From an archaeon (GTDB lineage Archaea; Iainarchaeota; Iainarchaeia; Iainarchaeales; 1-14-0-10-31-34), in the NCBI GenBank assembly GCA_043815885.1, contig JBDRIL010000055.1, forward strand, positions 1 through 17,307: DNA of 17,307 nucleotides, in the 5' to 3' direction. Position numbers and translations under genes: made by a program. Below are positions 16,274 through 17,307 of the stretch, piece by piece. The notes below the pieces were generated by a model. It had not been told where the DNA came from. It did not search any database and saw only the letters and a program-made list of their open reading frames with translations. Position 1 is the first letter of the stretch; every line of letters begins with the position of its first letter.

Positions 16274-17173
16274 TTAATCCCCTTTTTTAAAATAATCCTT
16301 CACTGCTTCCTCAAAACTCCATTCTGGTTCATAACCCAAATATTTTCCCGCCAAGCTTAAATCTGCTTCTGTCTGCTCCTGATAGAATTCCGTAAAAGGG
16401 TTATCAAAGTATTCTGCCTCATAATTGAATCCAAGCACTCTATTCAATGTATCAATCATTTGATTAAAGCTCACAGCCTTTCCTGAACCAACATTCACAA
16501 TACAGCTTTCTTTTGCATTCATTGCCAGAATATTTGCTCTGACTGCATCCTTTACATACACCTGGTCTCTCTTCTGTTCCCCGTACTTGAATATTCTCGG
16601 TCTCTTTCCCTCTAACATTTGCTGGCTTAATTGCCACAGCATTGAAGCCATCCTTTCCTTAAAACTCTCTCTCGGACCAAACACATTAAAATACCTCAAT
16701 CCAACAATCAATGAATCACTTTTTTCCATATACTCCTTTGCAGTACAATCACACAACCATTTCGACTCCCCATAAATATTGCTTGGTTTTCCTGCATCTT
16801 CCTCTTTTTGCGGTGCTGAAGCATTTCCATAAACTGCTGCAGAAGAAGCATAAATAAACGGGATATTTCTTTTAACAGCAAAATCCATGAATCTCTTGAA
16901 TCCATCCAGATTCACTTTCATCATTAATTCCTTGTCTTTAACAGTAGTATCAGTAATTGCCGCTTGATGGAAAATAAAATCCATTTCCTTTAATTTATTC
17001 AAATTAAATTCCAATACACTCTCTGAAATGATTCCCCCCTCAAATCCATTCAAGTTCTCCCTGTTTCCAACTGAAAAATCATCCAGAACAGTAACATTAA
17101 ATCCTTTCTCCTGTAATGCTAAAGCTAGATTTGATCCAATAAATCCTCCTCCTCCGGTTACCATTACATTCAT
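16274..17173 (-). CDS. hldD: ADP-L-glycero-D-manno-heptose 6-epimerase (HldD/RfaD/GmhD)
   Basis: 299 aa; 'GGGGFIGSNL', 'FHQAAITDTT', 'YASSAAVYG', 'YGESK', 'GLRYFNVFGPRESFKERMASM', 'YQEQTEADL'; heptose operon context. Confidence 0.88.
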   Translation of the reverse strand: MNVMVTGGGGFIGSNLALALQEKGFNVTVLDDFSVGNRENLNGFEGGIISESVLEFNLNKLKEMDFIFHQAAITDTTVKDKELMMKVNLDGFKRFMDFAVKRNIPFIYASSAAVYGNASAPQKEEDAGKPSNIYGESKWLCDCTAKEYMEKSDSLIVGLRYFNVFGPRESFKERMASMLWQLSQQMLEGKRPRIFKYGEQKRDQVYVKDAVRANILAMNAKESCIVNVGSGKAVSFNQMIDTLNRVLGFNYEAEYFDNPFTEFYQEQTEADLSLAGKYLGYEPEWSFEEAVKDYFKKGD

Positions 17174-17307
17174 TTTTCTTCACTCAAAATAATTTCTGCT
17201 GCATTCCTTAAATCTTCAGCAATGTAATCTGGCTTTACTTTAAATTTTTTGTCACTTCCCCCATAACCTGTCTTCAATAGAATTGTTCTCCCGTTGCAAT
17301 TCTTTCC
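17170..17307 (-). CDS. gmhB: C-terminus of a HAD phosphatase, probable D,D-heptose-1,7-bisphosphate phosphatase (partial, not in the ORF track)
   Basis: Manual translation GKNCNGRTILLKTGYGGSDKKFKVKPDYIAEDLRNAAEIILSEEK* matches the GmhB-type tail (TILxxTGYG...PD..A..L..AA). TGA 17172-17170 overlaps the hldD ATG. Confidence 0.78.
   Translation of the reverse strand, partial: GKNCNGRTILLKTGYGGSDKKFKVKPDYIAEDLRNAAEIILSEEK

Noticed and set aside
1899..16905. Short alternative ORFs in the track (e.g. 1899-2204, 3754-3975, 4468-4671, 4635-4925, 8611-8916, 9868-10161, 14503-14832, 15537-15845, 16708-16905)
   Set aside because: They lie wholly or almost wholly within well-supported genes, on the opposite strand or in another frame, and show no family motifs.
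1..17307. CRISPR arrays, tRNA/rRNA, transposases, integrases
   Set aside because: No repeat-spacer periodicity or mobile-element motifs were seen, and the intergenic gaps are short and AT-rich.

Overview
AT-rich, very compact cell-surface glycosylation locus, most likely archaeal and possibly DPANN-like. That inference rests on BRE/TATA-like promoters, a GGTG ribosome site, DUF1616-like genes and GT-C membrane proteins. The window has three divergent promoter regions and three overlapping convergent gene ends. It encodes two GT4 and two GT2 glycosyltransferases, two GT-C-like membrane proteins, a Wzx-like flippase coupled to an uncharacterised Pol-beta-fold nucleotidyltransferase, a CE4 deacetylase, a Zn-ribbon methyltransferase, a split DUF1616 protein and a YdjM-like hydrolase. 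It ends in an ADP-heptose operon: gmhB (partial), hldD, an extra SDR epimerase, rfaE2/hldC, rfaE1/hldA. The ORF track misses two frameshifts at simple repeats: a GT-C gene broken near 782-800 whose frame continues to the window edge, and the heptose kinase broken at an A9 tract (14786-14794). Other notable signals are an in-frame G8 tract in the second GT-C gene, one in-frame TAA splitting the DUF1616 gene, and the same palindrome arms (AAAAACC-N3-GGTTTTT) upstream of two transcription units. All family assignments come from motif recognition, not database searches.
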